Under the pieces are notes generated by a model. The model had not been told where the DNA came from. It was given only the letters and a program-made list of their open reading frames with translations, and made no database searches. Of a stretch of 64,000 bases of DNA, positions 12,894 through 26,535 are shown piece after piece. Source of the stretch: Gnetum montanum (taxonomy: Eukaryota; Plantae; Gnetophyta); NCBI GenBank assembly GCA_015680685.1, contig MNCI01000291.1, positions 259,853 through 323,852 of the forward strand, given 5' to 3'. The translations under genes and the position numbers were made by a program. Each line of letters opens with the position of its first letter. Position 1 is the stretch's first letter.

Positions 12894-15007
12894 TGAAACA
12901 CCACCAAAATTCACAAATTGTAACCATTTTTCATCATGTAGCCTTCACCCCATGAAACCCAAGGTAAAAATTCATTGTAAATGTGAAGATTGTAACTTAT
13001 GAGAGGACATCTCACATCTCTCATACTTTTGGGACTGAAAAAATGCCTCATAAGTGGTTAAAGCCTCATCCCTCAAGTGGAAAAGGTCATGTACTATCTA
13101 TATTTGGGCTTAGGGGGGGTTAAAAATGCCTTTTGGGATGCCAAAAATCATAGTTTGATAGGTTTTATGAGGAGTATACACTTTTCTATGCTAGAAACAC
13201 CTATAGGAGGTATATCTCACCTACCCCCCAGCATGGGAGGATGTGGGTCATCTACTCCTAGCATGGAGGGGTATATCTTAGGGTGGAAGGATGAGGGACC
13301 CACAATGCCTAGCATGGAAGGATCTAGTTTTCCCTCCAAGCATTTATTCCTTCATTCCCCTAGCATTAACTCACCTTCCTACTATTATAGAAGTGATAGA
13401 GACCAAATTTCAATGCTTCATTAACTTCAACGTTGATCATGCACTCTAGCAAGGAAGGTTGAAGGCCTAGCATGGAAGAATAAATACAATGTAGATGGTG
13501 TACCCTCATTACTATTTATAGTAAAATAAATGGCCATTGGGGTATGGCACTTTCCATAAATAGTAACACTCCCAATATTGGCAACCATCTCACTTATATG
13601 TGGTAGAAATTTGGAACAATTTGTAGCCAATTTGTCAACCATTTTGCAAAACATTTGTAGCACCAATCATGGCCCAAAACCTATAAAAAAAACCTCAAAA
13701 ATCATTTTGAGGTTACACATTTTTTGTATTCACATGCTTTGAAATTTTTTAGCATCTAAGAGCTCTTACACACTTGCAAAAATGCAACTTATTAGGTCCC
13801 CCTTAGCATGGAACTCCTATGGCCTTATAACACCCATTAAACCCATGAGATTTATAAGTTTTTGGACTTCATGTTGCACTCCTAGGATTCTCAACTCCTA
13901 GAATAAAGCACTTTAGCAACCAAATTCTTCAAAATTCTCAACCACAATAGTAGCCAATGTTGTAGATCTGAGGTAGCAATAGAGGAGATTTGATAACATT
14001 AGAAGTGACAAGACATCTAGATCATGAATTTGGTTGCATAGACTTCAATGGACCTTGAACCCCTATCAAAGTGAACCCCTTTTTCTCTTCCATGGATGCT
14101 CCTTGTACAAATCTCTTGAACTTATTTCTTATATTTTAATAAAGTTTTAAGATTTCATTTTTTTTGTATAATTTGTAGTTGCTTTTAGTTTTTAGATCTG
14201 TATTCTTCCTTCTTGCATTATTTATTTTTGCACTCTATAAGTCCTTGGGTGATTTTCCAGATTGTCCAAGGTATCTTGGATTTCATTTTTTGGAGGCTCT
14301 ATGAATTCAGGGTTAAAGCTATTGTGCTGGAATTTTTGGTCTTTCAACAAGTAATTTTTTCAATCAATATAGATATCTCCATGACATTTTCCCCTATGTT
14401 AGGCAAGTCAAGGGCCTCCACAATGTCTTCAACTAAGTAGATGATGGTTATATCCTTGATTTTAACCATTGCATCTCCTTGTTAGTTATTTGAAAATAGG
14501 TACATCTCCCTCCTGTACCATTCTTCACTGGATGAAAGAATGGACCACATGGGAGACTCTTGTAGTTGAGTGTGGACTTCCTTAAGCATAGGTCCTAGAA
14601 GTGTCTAAAGTTAAGTTCTTGGAGAAGTAAACTTTGGACCTCTTTGAGATAAATTTTCTCAAGATAAGCCTTACTTAATGTGACCTCTAGATTAGGCCTT
14701 GGCCTTGATACCTCATCTTACCTAGATTGGCTAGTTTCTACTAGGGGAATCTAGGGAATAGATTTCACTGCTAGCTTCTCTCAAAGAGGTCTCATCATGT
14801 GAGTAGCTTTAGCCTTTTATTCTTGTAGCTATTATGGCTACTACTACCCCCTTCCTCCTCATGGCTCCTTTTCCCTTTTCTGTGATGATCATCCCATGGG
14901 TGCTCCCCTCTTTAGTACAATCTATGATCACAAATGTAACCAAGGATTAGCAATTAATGTGTAAGCCTTAATCCTTTTTTATACCCCTCTCATTTGGTTA
15001 AGTTACA
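12894..15007 (+). repeat. 3' LTR of the Tat element (~2.1 kb)
   Basis: It starts TGAAACACCACCAAAA, like the LTRs at 55222 and 47700(-). It contains CTAGCATGG motifs (13190-13480) and a TATA-like CTATAAAA at 13681. The right end TTGGTTAAGTTACA is inferred from resemblance to TTGGTCACTACA, since no partner LTR is in the window. Confidence 0.65.
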
Positions 15008-16158
15008 CTTACGTTAGTTTGTAATCATGGAAAATTAATTATTTTATTATTATTTTAGTCATAAGCCATCATAGTTTTTCTATGAGGTTTAACTTGATGT
15101 AGATGGAAATTTTAATAGTTAAACCAAGTGGAGTTAAAAAACTTTTTGAAAGATTTTCCATCATAAACCATAGGTTTGTGGCCCCCACAACATAAAGCTT
15201 ACCTTTGGTAGCTAGAGGATTGAAAAATGAGGTGAATCGGATACACAGTTTGAAAGTTATGGCACTCGGAAGGTTCTTTGGACTCTAAATAATGGTAAAA
15301 TCTTCCCTTGCATTTTGAGAAAATGTAAAAAATTTGCTAAGTATTGGTGTATATTTATATAATTTTATTGAAGCATCAATGCATTAAGCTACATCAACGG
15401 GAATGCATCAATGCAACCATTTGAGATAAATTTTCACAAATAAAACCTAGGTGTTGGGAAAGAGTTTGATGATGAAATTGGAGTCCAAAGAAAAATAGAA
15501 AAGCCTAGAATGATGATAAATCATGGAAGAGGGCTTGAAATTTATTTGGAAAAGGGGATGTGGAGAAAATTATATTTCCAAGGAGTGAAAAACTATATGT
15601 TCATTTCGAAAATGTAATGGACTTGAATGCAAAATAACTATGGAACAAGAGGTTTACCAAAATAGACCAAGGAGAAAGTAAGTGGATCCTCCCCATAGCA
15701 GGCTCATGTCCTTAATGCCCTTGCATGCCTCATACCTAGGATTCTGTAAATGCCAAGGATGATTAATGATCACATATTATTAAAAATTGAATCCAGATAA
15801 GAAATCATCAAAGAACTAGGACATACCAAAATAGACATATTTATTGAAAATGATAAGAGGTAGTGAGGTGGGAGATGGCAAGAGTTGAACAATGAGATAG
15901 AGAGTGTGTGTGGCAATGAGGTCTAGAATCCCAGTTACTTAAACTCCTTGTGGATTTTGTGATTAATTGGACTTGATATTCTTCAATCCTTAGTCAAAAT
16001 TGAGTCCAACCACTTTTAGTGGCTTTGCATCAATACACTTAGACCGTTTGACACCCAAGAGTTCATGAACACTCCTAAAGATCGCCCACCATTTTAAAGA
16101 AAAAAGAAAAAAGAGAAAGTTAAGAGGGTCTTAGTTAGAGAGGTACCTTCAAACATCA
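15008..16158 (+). mobile_element. Possible right part of another LTR, host of the Tat insertion
   Basis: It ends GAGAGGTACCTTCAAACATCA, loosely like the ...GGGGCACCTCGCTGCTCATCA ends of the Athila-type LTRs. No TSD or partner is visible. Confidence 0.3.
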
Positions 16159-16939
16159 CTAACATGTCTTTCTAGCTCCATACCTAGTGCTTGTAACTCA
16201 TTATTTCATCCAAGGGACATGCTTTGAATTCTCATTTTTTTTATTTCATGGAAACCACATCATGTAAAGACATTCTTCCTATTAATAGTTGACATGAGGA
16301 ATGGTGAGAAATTGATAAGAATACTCATAAAAATCAAGAAGATAGGCAGATATAAAAGGTGATAAGTTCCCTTGAAGCCACATCCTTATTAGTTTCACTT
16401 GATTCATTCCATGTCTGTTAAGTACCAAGGTCACAAATTTTTTTAAAGCTATAACTAAGAAAGGACCTCATGCTTCCAAGACAAGAGAATACCATGGAGT
16501 TAAGTGGAATGGGTGAAATGATATAAGCTCACTACCTACTATCATAAGAAAATCAATGTCATAATTCAAAGATGAAATCTAGTTGTTAAGCAAACAATTC
16601 AAACTATAGAGTTCAATTAAACTTCCAACAAGTAGTAGTTGTGTCAAGCACCAAATTCTTGATGGTAATAAAGAAGAAAACATGTGTAATAAAATTTTTA
16701 AATAAAGAAAAATATGTAAAATAAATTGAAAAATAATCAAGAAAATGAAAAACATATACAGAATAATATAAAACAAAAAAGTTAAAAAAAATTGAGGAGC
16801 CATTACAAAATATTAGCTTGAATAGCCATCTCCCCCATGACTAAGTTGAAAGGAGAAATTTTTAAAGATAGAGTGAGCTTGGTGTTAGTTCAAGTGTTGT
16901 AGTTACTAGTTAACTCCAGGAAAGATTTAACTTGTTGAA

Positions 16940-19900
16940 TGTTGGTCAATAACCTTTTGTTTGAGCTGGCAAGGTGGTAAATCATCATGGCCATCAATGG
17001 AAAAGTTGCATGTATAATATAAGGTTCCTCCCATAGCTTTTAAAATTTTGTACATTTAGGTATGTGCATGGGGTTCTAGTAGAGAAACTTATCTCCCAAT
17101 TGGATCTTCACTTTTCTTATTTTGAGGTCATGGCATTACTTGTTGTGTGTCTTGTGCACTTCATTCAAGGATAGGGCCACTAATTGATTTTCTTCTAATG
17201 TGTTTAAGTTCATTAATCTTTCTCTTTAGGCTAGAATTAAATCAAGGTCAAGACCACATGTCATTGAAAGTGTATGAAGCTTTGTTTGGATGGGAAGAAT
17301 TGGGAGTTTTCTATACACTAACTCATAGGGAGAATGACCAATAGTTAGTTTCCATGTTGATCAATAAGTCCAAAGAGAATCAATGAGTTTGATTCCCTAG
17401 TTCTTCCTATACTTACCAACAATGCATGTTAGTATCTTTGTTATTTCCTTATTTGTGATCTTAGCTTGATCGTTGGCTTGGGAATGGTATGGAGTTGTAA
17501 GTATATGTTTAACCCACAAGCATTATGTAAGTTTTTGAAAAGTGGCACTTGTGAAGTAGGTTTCATTAGTAGAAATTACTACCCTTGGCACACCAAACTT
17601 GTTTACCATATTACTTTGTACAAATCTTTGCCACCGTAGAGGATTAATAGTCAATGATGTTGGTAGCTTCAACCCACTTTGTACAATAGTTAATAGTGAT
17701 GATTATATACTCCTTTCTATTTGACATGGGCTTGATGGACCCCATGATGTTAATCCTCCAAATATCAAAAGGCTCTAGTGATTGAATCCATTATTTGAGT
17801 CCTTTCATTCATGCAATCATCCCTTCATCTCTTTGGAACCTATCACATGAACAAAAGAAGTGATGGACATCCTTGATGATTGTTGGCTAGTAATATCCTA
17901 TCATGAGGATTTTAATGACTATCCTCCTCATAACATAGTGGTCTCCACAAGGACCTTTTTAAGTGTCCTGGAGGACTTGAAGTTGATCTGCATCAGGTAC
18001 ACACAATTGTACTAGGTCATCAGGATAACTCTTGTAGAGGTTACCTTTGATTTCCATGAAATTCTTAGCTTGGTATAGAAACTGTTATTTCTTCTTGCTA
18101 TCCCATTCATGTGGCATCTCCTATGTGGGTAGGTAGAAGAGGATGTGATCATACTAGTTAGAGTCTTTGGGATTTTGGACATCAATAGAACTAGAAAAGA
18201 GGATTTCATCTAGAAATTGATCAAACAATGATCCTTCAACCTTTTTCTATTCCATTATAATCAAGACAAGTGGTTAGAAACCATATTCTCAATCCCCTTT
18301 TTATCAATCATCATAAGATCAAACTCTTGAAGAATCACCAGCCACCATATGACACGAGGGCTCACCATTGATTTATTCATAAGGAACCATATGGCACTAT
18401 GATTGATGTGCACAAATACTTGGTATCCAAGCATGTAGTGCTTTAATTTCTCTAAGATGTACACCAATGCAATGAGTTCCTTTTCAATGGTGGTGTAGTT
18501 TACTTATGCACCCACAATGCTCCTACTTGCATAATGGATATAGTATGGACATTTCTTATCATCCAATTATGTAAGCACAACCTCCAAAGTGTAATTGGAT
18601 GCTTTGGTAATGATGTGGAATGGCCTAGACTAGTGAGGTGCCTATAGAATTGAAGTTTCTATGAGTTTCTATTTCAACTATTGGAATGTAGTTTTGCATT
18701 TCCTGGTCTAGGTGAATGATTCATTCTTCTTTATAAGTTTCACCAATGGTTTGATGATTTTTGAGAACTTTTTGATGAAGCACCTATAATAACCTATGTA
18801 GCCAAGGAATGACCTTACATCTTACCATTTTTGGTTGTCTAGATATTCCTTGGATGATCCATATTTTTTCTAGGTCCACCTTGATCCCTTTATTGAAAAT
18901 TATATGTCCCAAGACAATGCCCTCTTGGACTATGAAGTGGCTCTCTTGCTGGTTGACCCTCAGGTTAGTCTCCACACATCACTAAAGAACTTACTCAAGG
19001 TAGTTCAAGCTTGCTCAAATGTAGCCCCATAGGGAGAGAAGTCATCCATGAAGACCTCTATCCTACCATTAATCTATTATTGAAAGATTATGAGAACCAA
19101 CTGTTGGAATGCATTAGGAGCATTGCATAAGCCAAAGGGCATCTTTATGTATGCAAAAGTTCCCTAAGAACTTGTGAATGTAGTCTTGGCCTACTTCTCT
19201 AGTGCTATTTGGATTTGGTTATAGCCATTATAACCATCTAGAAAGTTGTAATGGCAATGGCTTGCTATATTTTCCAACATCTAGTTTACAAATGGTAATG
19301 GAAAGTGATCCTTATATGTTGTCATGTTCAACAACCAAAAGTCTATATAGACTCTTCATTTTTCCTTCTTTCTTTGGATGAATAATGAGTGGGCTAACCC
19401 CACTCACTATCTATAATTGGATAGATGAACCTAGCTTTGAGGAGTTACTCAATCTCTCCCTTGATGATCTACTTAAGTTTTTGGTTCAATCATTGTTGTG
19501 GTTGCCTCTTTAGCCATATGAAGGATTCTATGTAGAATTGGTGCTAGCATACCCAAGGATATCCTAGTAAGCTCATGATTTGACCAAGCAAAGTTTGTTG
19601 GTCATTTGTTCAATAGTTCTAATAATTTTTGTTTCTATGTAGGATCAAGTTTAACATTAATGATCATCAACTTCTCATTATTTAGAAAAGCATATTCCAT
19701 GCCTACCAATAGATCCTTTAACTCAAGGGGCTCTTGCTTGAAACTGTTAGGAATATCCAACTTTTCCCAATTCATTTTACTTTATACATTAGAGAGTTGG
19801 CAATGGAGTTGCTCCATGCTTTCAATGTAAGTGTTAATAAGGCTCTCAATGCATATGTTTGATTTAGTTTCATCATCTTTTTTAGGCCATTGGGTACCTT

Positions 19901-22900
19901 CTTATTTTGTGGCTACTACATATAGGCACCTCTAAATTACTATTGTTTTTGCATACTGATTGCATAATTGCCCATAGTTTCTGCATGCAACGGTACCCTA
20001 TATTATTATATGCAATGCATGAAACTCTCTTCTTCTCCACTTTTTCAAACTCATCCTCATAAATTTCTAAGGAAATATTTGGAATCCCCAATCTAGCATC
20101 TATGGTTCTCAGCCATTCCCTCCCCATAATAATAGAAAAGTCTCCCTTGTAATTCTCTACATGGATCACTAGAAAATTAGCTAGTAAGGATGACCTACAG
20201 ATGGTGGTCATAATATCCTCCACTAATCCCAAAGGAACAATGATGGATTGATTTTCTAGCACTAATTTGATGTTGCTCTTTTTCAAAGAAGGGAGGTTTC
20301 AAGCCTTGTACATCTCTTGGAAAATTAAGTTAACTCTAGAACCTAAATCCAAAAGAGCCTTATATGGTTCATTTCCTATGATCTATAAATAGATCAGGGG
20401 ACTCCTAGAATCATATCACTTCTTGGAAAGATGGTCACCCTTAATCCAATCTATGACCACATGGGTTAACATGACAGTATGAATTTGGGGAGACTTTTGA
20501 TTTAAAGGTGACTCAATATGGCTTTTAGAGGTATAAGTAGTAGGGTTGGTATCCACAAGTTTTTGAGAGGACTTTGTGGGATTGCTAGTTCTAAACAATG
20601 ACCTCTTCCAAGGCTTGGATTTAAGACCACTTAGTTGCATAGCTAGTTATAAATTCACTACCCTCATGGCATTTCTTTATTGTGGTTACATGAGAATTTC
20701 ACCTTACATTGATGAAGTAGGTAGCAAAGGTATTGTTAATTGTGGTGTAGAAGTGGATGAGTGTTGAGGAGTATAGAAGGAAAAAGGAGACTCACTCTTG
20801 GAGAAGTTGCTTTGTCGAATTCCAAAGGATAGTGGTGGTATGGAAAGGAAGTGTGACTAGAGGAGTCATGTAGGAATATAGGCTACTAGACATAGTAGCC
20901 ATAGGGATTTTATTTCTAATAAGGATACTACTACCTTGGTGGTGGCATCTCCCATGACTATGGGTGTTGCCAATGCTAATACTACTTTTGATGTTGAGGT
21001 GGCACTCCACTTAGATAATATGCTTTTTGGTGAAATTGCTACTTGTAGTTTCCTTGTGGATAAGGCAACCACATGGGTGTTTTCTATTTTTCCAATCTAG
21101 GATTCAAAATGTACACCCTAGATCCTTGCAAGTGTGAAAACATTAGACAACATCCCTTATGATGTTGGTATTGGAAAATGTTACAACCAACATCATCTAT
21201 TTTAGAATCTACAACCTCCTCTATTGTTGTAACTTTACACTCATTTTTATGATATCCCTCGTATGTATCCTTTTTCTTCCTTCTTTCATAATCACTACCC
21301 CCTTGATCTCTTCTTTCCTTTGAAATATTTAGAGTTGTTTAGAACTTATCATCCAAGGAGTCTAACATCTTGTCTACCTTAGCCAATATTTTAGTCATAG
21401 ATTTTTGGATTACCAAGGTTTTCCTATGTACCATTTCATCAAGTGTTGCCTCCTCCTCATTATCATAGAAACACATCTCCCTTTTGTAAATGAAGGGGTT
21501 CCTACTGTACTCCTCTATACTTTCTCATTTGTAAGCTCACCTTCTTCTTTAGCCACTCGATTAATCAACCTTTGGATCTAATAAGCCATTAGCTTAGAAA
21601 GTCTTCCTTGGATATAAACCCCAAGAGTTTTCCTCATTTCATTCTTGATCCCATCTATGATATGGCATAGCTGATCCCTTTGAGAGTATCAATGGCCTAG
21701 GCATCAATGTAAAAGGAAATACTACCTACCGAGGGCCACATCCAAGGACTCATGATTGCCTTATTTCCATCCTTGGATTTTATCCTGCAAGTTCAACACT
21801 CTAGAGTAAGTTTGATACTTGTCATTAAAAAGCTCTAACATCATACTCCATCGATGAATAGATTTCAACCCTAAGGACCGATGCTAACTTTTAGCTTCTT
21901 TAATGAGTATTCTTAGGAATAGTTTTAGTGTTTTTAGGTTATTTTCAATGTTTTTCAAGGCATAGTCATCATGAAATAATTAAAGATGGTTTTGTGGATA
22001 TGAGTTATACCCCTCCTCAAATCTTGGAATATTGTTCATATCTAGCCTCTTGATGCAACTATCTTTCACATGATTGGTTGGGATTCTAACTACCTCTAAA
22101 ATATTTATCATATATTTGGTAGCTAGTAGTGGCTCACCATAGTCACAGCAATCTCGATGATCCTTTTCATGGCCAGGATGCCTATTATGTGTCCTATTAT
22201 TTCTTCTCTCATGATGACGATCCTTCCTTTGTTGATGTTCTTGTCATTACCCTCATTCATCTTGGTGGGATTTGCAATCATCCCTATTTCACCATTCATC
22301 TTCATCATGATCTTTGTTGCTCTTTATTTTTTCTTGACCACTACTTCTCCTATCAGAGTTGGAGGAGGAAGATGATGAGGATGATGATAAGGATGAGGAA
22401 GAAGGAGAATTAGCACTAGAATGATACCTACTATATCCTCTTCTTCAATCCCTATCTTGATCATTTTGTTAATATTTTTCTTTATGATTATCATTTCGTT
22501 ACTTTTAGATGAGTGGCTCTGGTTGTTATCTTTTGAGGTCTCCAAACATTCAAAACCATTCTTTCCCCCACCCAGGTTGTCTATAGTTGACTACAACCTT
22601 TGGGTAAGGGTCTCTCCATCAAAGAAAGAGGAAGAATCTGCATAGTGGAACTAGCCTAAAAAGAAGTCCTCACCTTCCTTGTGTTGCTACAAGAATAACT
22701 AGGTAGGGACCCTTTTCTTTTTGAAGCCAAATATCTTGCTTCAATTTTTGGATCCTTCTTCCATTGGACATCAGTGGGATGATAATCCTTGTAGATGTGG
22801 TCTTGGACCTCATACTCTATATTAAGTCCAACAATGCCTAACCTGATCAAACTATTCATCAGCATTGCAAGAATGGATCAATTCGGAGGTAACATAATCT
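16940..22900 (-). pseudogene. gag-pol: gag-pol pseudogene of the Athila element
   Basis: PR: ALLDLGSRVNLI and KKSNIKLVL..PLGLVEDI..IIMGREWL (~20400-20100). RT: DSEWVSP, DHFPLPF, FLDGYNGYNQI, MPFGLCNAP, VFMDDF (~19040), FIVQEGIVLGH. RH: KELIALVYILEKLKHY..WLVILQEFD. INT: TKWVEA, FGVPRVIST. The gag boundary is approximate. Confidence 0.9.
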
Positions 22901-23209
22901 TTCCTTCCATGTCCCTCCATGTAGCTACTCATCCTAATGTAGGATGAGGGTGAAATCTAGAGTGTAAGGATCTAGATGGGTATAAAAAACATGGAGTTGT
23001 TGGGGTGTTTTTAAGACCTCATATCTTTGGTTGGATCTACCTATGAATGGTGGAGATTTTTCCTTGCATGAATAGATCATGTGAATGTTGCTCAAAAATA
23101 AATAGTGTGCTTGCTTTTTCTTTCTTAATTATTTATCTTTGAATGATCTTTACATAACCTTTTTGTGATTTCACTATCTTTTCTACTTAGTGCACTCAGC
23201 TAGACTAAG

Positions 23210-23227
23210 TTCCCAACAATGATGCCA
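23210..23227 (-). promoter_or_regulatory. Primer-binding site, Athila type (tRNA-Asp)
   Basis: The minus strand reads TGGCATCATTGTTGGGAA right after the LTR end ...CTGATCA. This is a deaminated version of the TGGCGCCGTTGCCGGGGA PBS typical of Athila. Confidence 0.8.
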
Positions 23228-23228
23228 A

Positions 23229-23950
23229 TGATCAGCACCAGGTAGTCCCTACACCTAACCATACAAATCAAAAGCATTGCACAAGCGATCCCATTGGATT
23301 CCATGGACTTAGTTTCTAAGTATGCCTATAGATAAAGATGGTGACTTGGGGAAATTGATTATTATCTTCTTAGCTCTTACTTGTGTAGGTTCTCATGTAT
23401 GGTTAAGTGTGAGCTAAGGCATACGATATTTATATATATTTTATATTTTTATAGATTTAATCCAAAGTGTTAAAGTAAAGATAAATGGTTGGCAAATTAA
23501 CTACTCTAGCTATCTAACAGTTCTAAGCTAACTAGCCTACATAAGTATCAAGGTCCACTTGTTGTACACATCATGAACTTCTATTAATGTTGTTGGATTA
23601 CCAAGTGTTAATTATTAAATGTACCAAATTTCCACTACTAGGATTACTAAGCATTGAATAGTGTGCTCGAAGTGGTCATACTTATGTGTTCATTATTAAA
23701 CATATTAATTAATTAATACAAGAATGTACATTACATTAATAGTAAAGTTTATGTAAGAAATATTAATCTAGTCCAAGTACTACAAGAAATCTCAAGAATT
23801 ATATCTTTATTCTCAGTCACATCAATGTGTTTAGGTACAAGATGCTTGAATAAAGATCTATACAATTACTTGAGTTCCTACTATGGGCACTTAAAAAATA
23901 TTCTAACTTTGGAAAAAGAAAATTACAAGAGTTTAGCTATGCTACTAACT
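23229..23950 (-). repeat. 5' LTR of the Athila element (5' part truncated or unrecognisable)
   Basis: The reverse complement aligns by eye with solo LTR 7826-8652 (GTGCCCA..TAGGA..ATCTTTATTCAAG..TGTACCTAA). Similarity fades near 23950. Confidence 0.75.
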
Positions 23951-25085
23951 TATGGAAATAAGTTTGATAAATGGAAATAAATGAACTTACCCTTCATGGA
24001 AAGTTAAATTTTAATTATGAATTAATTCTTTAATCTTCTCATGTTTATTACTCTAGTTGTTGGGCTCCTACAAAATCTTCTTGTGAAAAAATTGATCAAA
24101 TTATTTATGGCTTGTTCCTAAAATTGCTTCAAATATTTACTCTACTAGCATAAAAAATATAAAGTACTTAGCCTTATTAATTAAAAAATGTGTTTCTCTC
24201 TTAACAAAATGGATTGTAAAATGCATTGAAAAAAATGATGCTTTGATGCTTCTCCTTAAAAAGAGACTTAAGCAAGAAAAATCAAAAAAAGATAAAGTTG
24301 ATCTTCTATTAACTTTATTTATTATTTTCATTTTCTTCAAGAAATTCTATTCATGGTTCTACAATTCTAAAATATAATTTTGAAAGACATGATGCATGCT
24401 TAGTGAGCACCAAAACTACAATCATATTACAATTTTTGAATATATGTTATAAACATTGAAAAATCCTTTTGTCATCAATTGAAATATAGTATATGTGACA
24501 TCTTAGTCTCAATAAATATCTATAAATATGGCTTACCCACCACATTTATAACACTATTTAGTCACTTAGTCATCAAACTCTATCAATTTGTTTTCATAGC
24601 TTAGAGAATAGTCAACGAGAGCATGCAACATGGATTTGAGTTAACTATCCAAAATTTTATTTGAGTGGATTGTACCTAGAAACAATTCATAAATGATAAT
24701 AAGATGGAGATTAATTTTATTCTATTACAACATTCTAACCTAGCATACTTTTACATTTATTGAAATTAATTTTTGTTATTATTTTCTTATTTTTCTTAGC
24801 ATAATGTTTACATTTCATCACACGATAATCATTAGCAGCATAAGTGCAATCTAGTTTCAAGCATTAAAACACATTGGCTTGGTAATACCAATAATATTAA
24901 TACTTGGTACACCCAATAGCAAAATTGCTTGGTAGTCCTAGCAGTTATTGTACATCTATGCTGTAATGATAAGTTAGAAATAAACACTCATCATCATAGG
25001 CTAGATAGAATTTATTTTTCTTAATTAAATAATTAGTTAATTAATTAATTTTTATTTATTTACCAAGTTTAATCATATTAATGCC

Positions 25086-26220
25086 TATTGATCTTTTTCT
25101 ATGCTAAAACCTTAACAAAATGGAGAACAAAGAATGTTTGTTGTCAATGATGTGTTTACAGGTCATGAATAAGAACTCCACATCATGAATAAGGACCCAA
25201 GGGAATGAAATATACAATGGGATTTTAAATGGATATTTCATAGGTAATATGAGATCATGAACACAAAATAAAGCTAAAAAACAAATAAAGATATTCCAAG
25301 GATTGGAAAGAAGCCAAATCAATGAGAGAAACCTCAAAAACCAAATCTCAAAAGTTGAGGAGACATCTCCAAGAAATAGTAGACATCTCAACCAAGAAGA
25401 ATGAATTAATAGGAAGAGGTCTTCAAGAAATAGGAGACATCCCCATCATAAAGAAGATGTCTCCCTAGAGACATGTCACAAGAGATGTCCCATTCTCCAA
25501 GAAGACATCTCCCCAAAATTAAGGTTGAACTCAGGTAGATGTCCTAACTTTGAAGGAGATGTCTACAGTAGCCATTGGATAGATGTTGAACAAATTCCAA
25601 GGCATTTTCAAAAATTCTGAAGCTATAAAAAGACTTCAAATTCTTGGGAATTATGAAAATATTGTCAACATCAAAGCTATCATTGTCTATTCTATGTTGT
25701 TATACTTGTGTACTTCATTTTTCACATGATTTACTTGATTGGTTGTAGAACTATGCTTCAAAGTAGAAGGATCTATAATTTAAGTTACACTCATTATTTG
25801 TCTTTCTTTCTCTTTCTTTGTTGACCTAAGGGGTTGATGTGGTTCTTGCAAGAAGGCATCCATCTTGAGCTTATCAGGATCCTACAAGATTAATTTGTTT
25901 TGCTACATCAAAAGACTGCAGAGCAAAGCTCTATCTTGTATAGGTTATGGGAATCCTCTAAACCACATTTTTATCTTGTTGGAACCTTGTGGGATTAAGA
26001 GGTTTTGTAGCAAAGAAACCCTCCTTAGTAGAGATCAAATCTTATAAAGGTTGTGGTGTCTTCTAAACCACATTTTCGAAGAAATGAAGTCTGGAGGTGT
26101 GCAAGGAATCTACCCTCCAAGTGTGGACTAGAACCATGTAATTTTTTTCTATTTTATGTGATAGGTTTGTTTACAAATTGGAGACCTTATTCAATCCTCT
26201 TTCTAAGTTCTCAATCCTCA
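25086..26220 (+). repeat. Copia 5' LTR
   Basis: It is a direct repeat of 30436-31555, ends ...ATCCTCA and contains GAGACATCTC palindrome copies. Confidence 0.9.
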
Positions 26221-26222
26221 AG

Positions 26223-26234
26223 TGGTATCAAAGC
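26223..26234 (+). promoter_or_regulatory. PBS complementary to initiator tRNA-Met
   Basis: TGGTATCAAAGC lies 2 nt after the LTR (canonical TGGTATCAGAGC). Confidence 0.9.
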
Positions 26235-26535
26235 ATGGTAATCTCACGTAGATAAAGCAACATGAACAAGAAAGGGACAATCAATGTTAGGCACAATTGG
26301 ATGAGGAGACTAATATGATTCATCAATTATTGTATTCAATTCATATATCACATTGGTAAAGGTAGCTCTCTCATTTTCTCTTTTACATTTAGGAATAAGA
26401 GAAACTATAACTGTAAGGTTGATAAAACTTTTGATAATCTAGACAACAAGGGAAGGTCAAATAATGAAAATTCTTTGAAGAAAGGTATGAGTTGTTTTGC
26501 CATGAAGTTATTCTTTCAAAAGCTTATGCGTTAAA

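Larger units (their letters stand above)
1..15007 (+). mobile_element. Tat/Ogre-lineage Ty3/gypsy LTR retrotransposon, degenerate; 5' LTR lies outside the window
   Basis: Decayed pol at 7343-11722 has RT, RH, a second archaeal-type RNase H and INT. PPT at 12881-12890 is followed by the LTR start TGAAACACCACC at 12894. The same palindromic motif occurs in the upstream array and the LTR. That bases 1-7340 belong to this element is inferred. Confidence 0.75.
16159..23950 (-). mobile_element. Athila-lineage Ty3/gypsy element, degenerate; 3' LTR not in the window
   Basis: It has a partial 5' LTR at 23229-~23950, a tRNA-Asp-type PBS, decayed gag-PR-RT-RH-INT, and an internal purine tract AACTTAGTCATGGGGGAG at ~16830-16847. 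Confidence 0.85.

Noticed and set aside
22123-22645. Overlapping hydrophobic or His/Asp-rich ORFs
   Set aside because: This is low-complexity GAT/CAT sequence in the decayed Athila gag region, with no independent gene structure.
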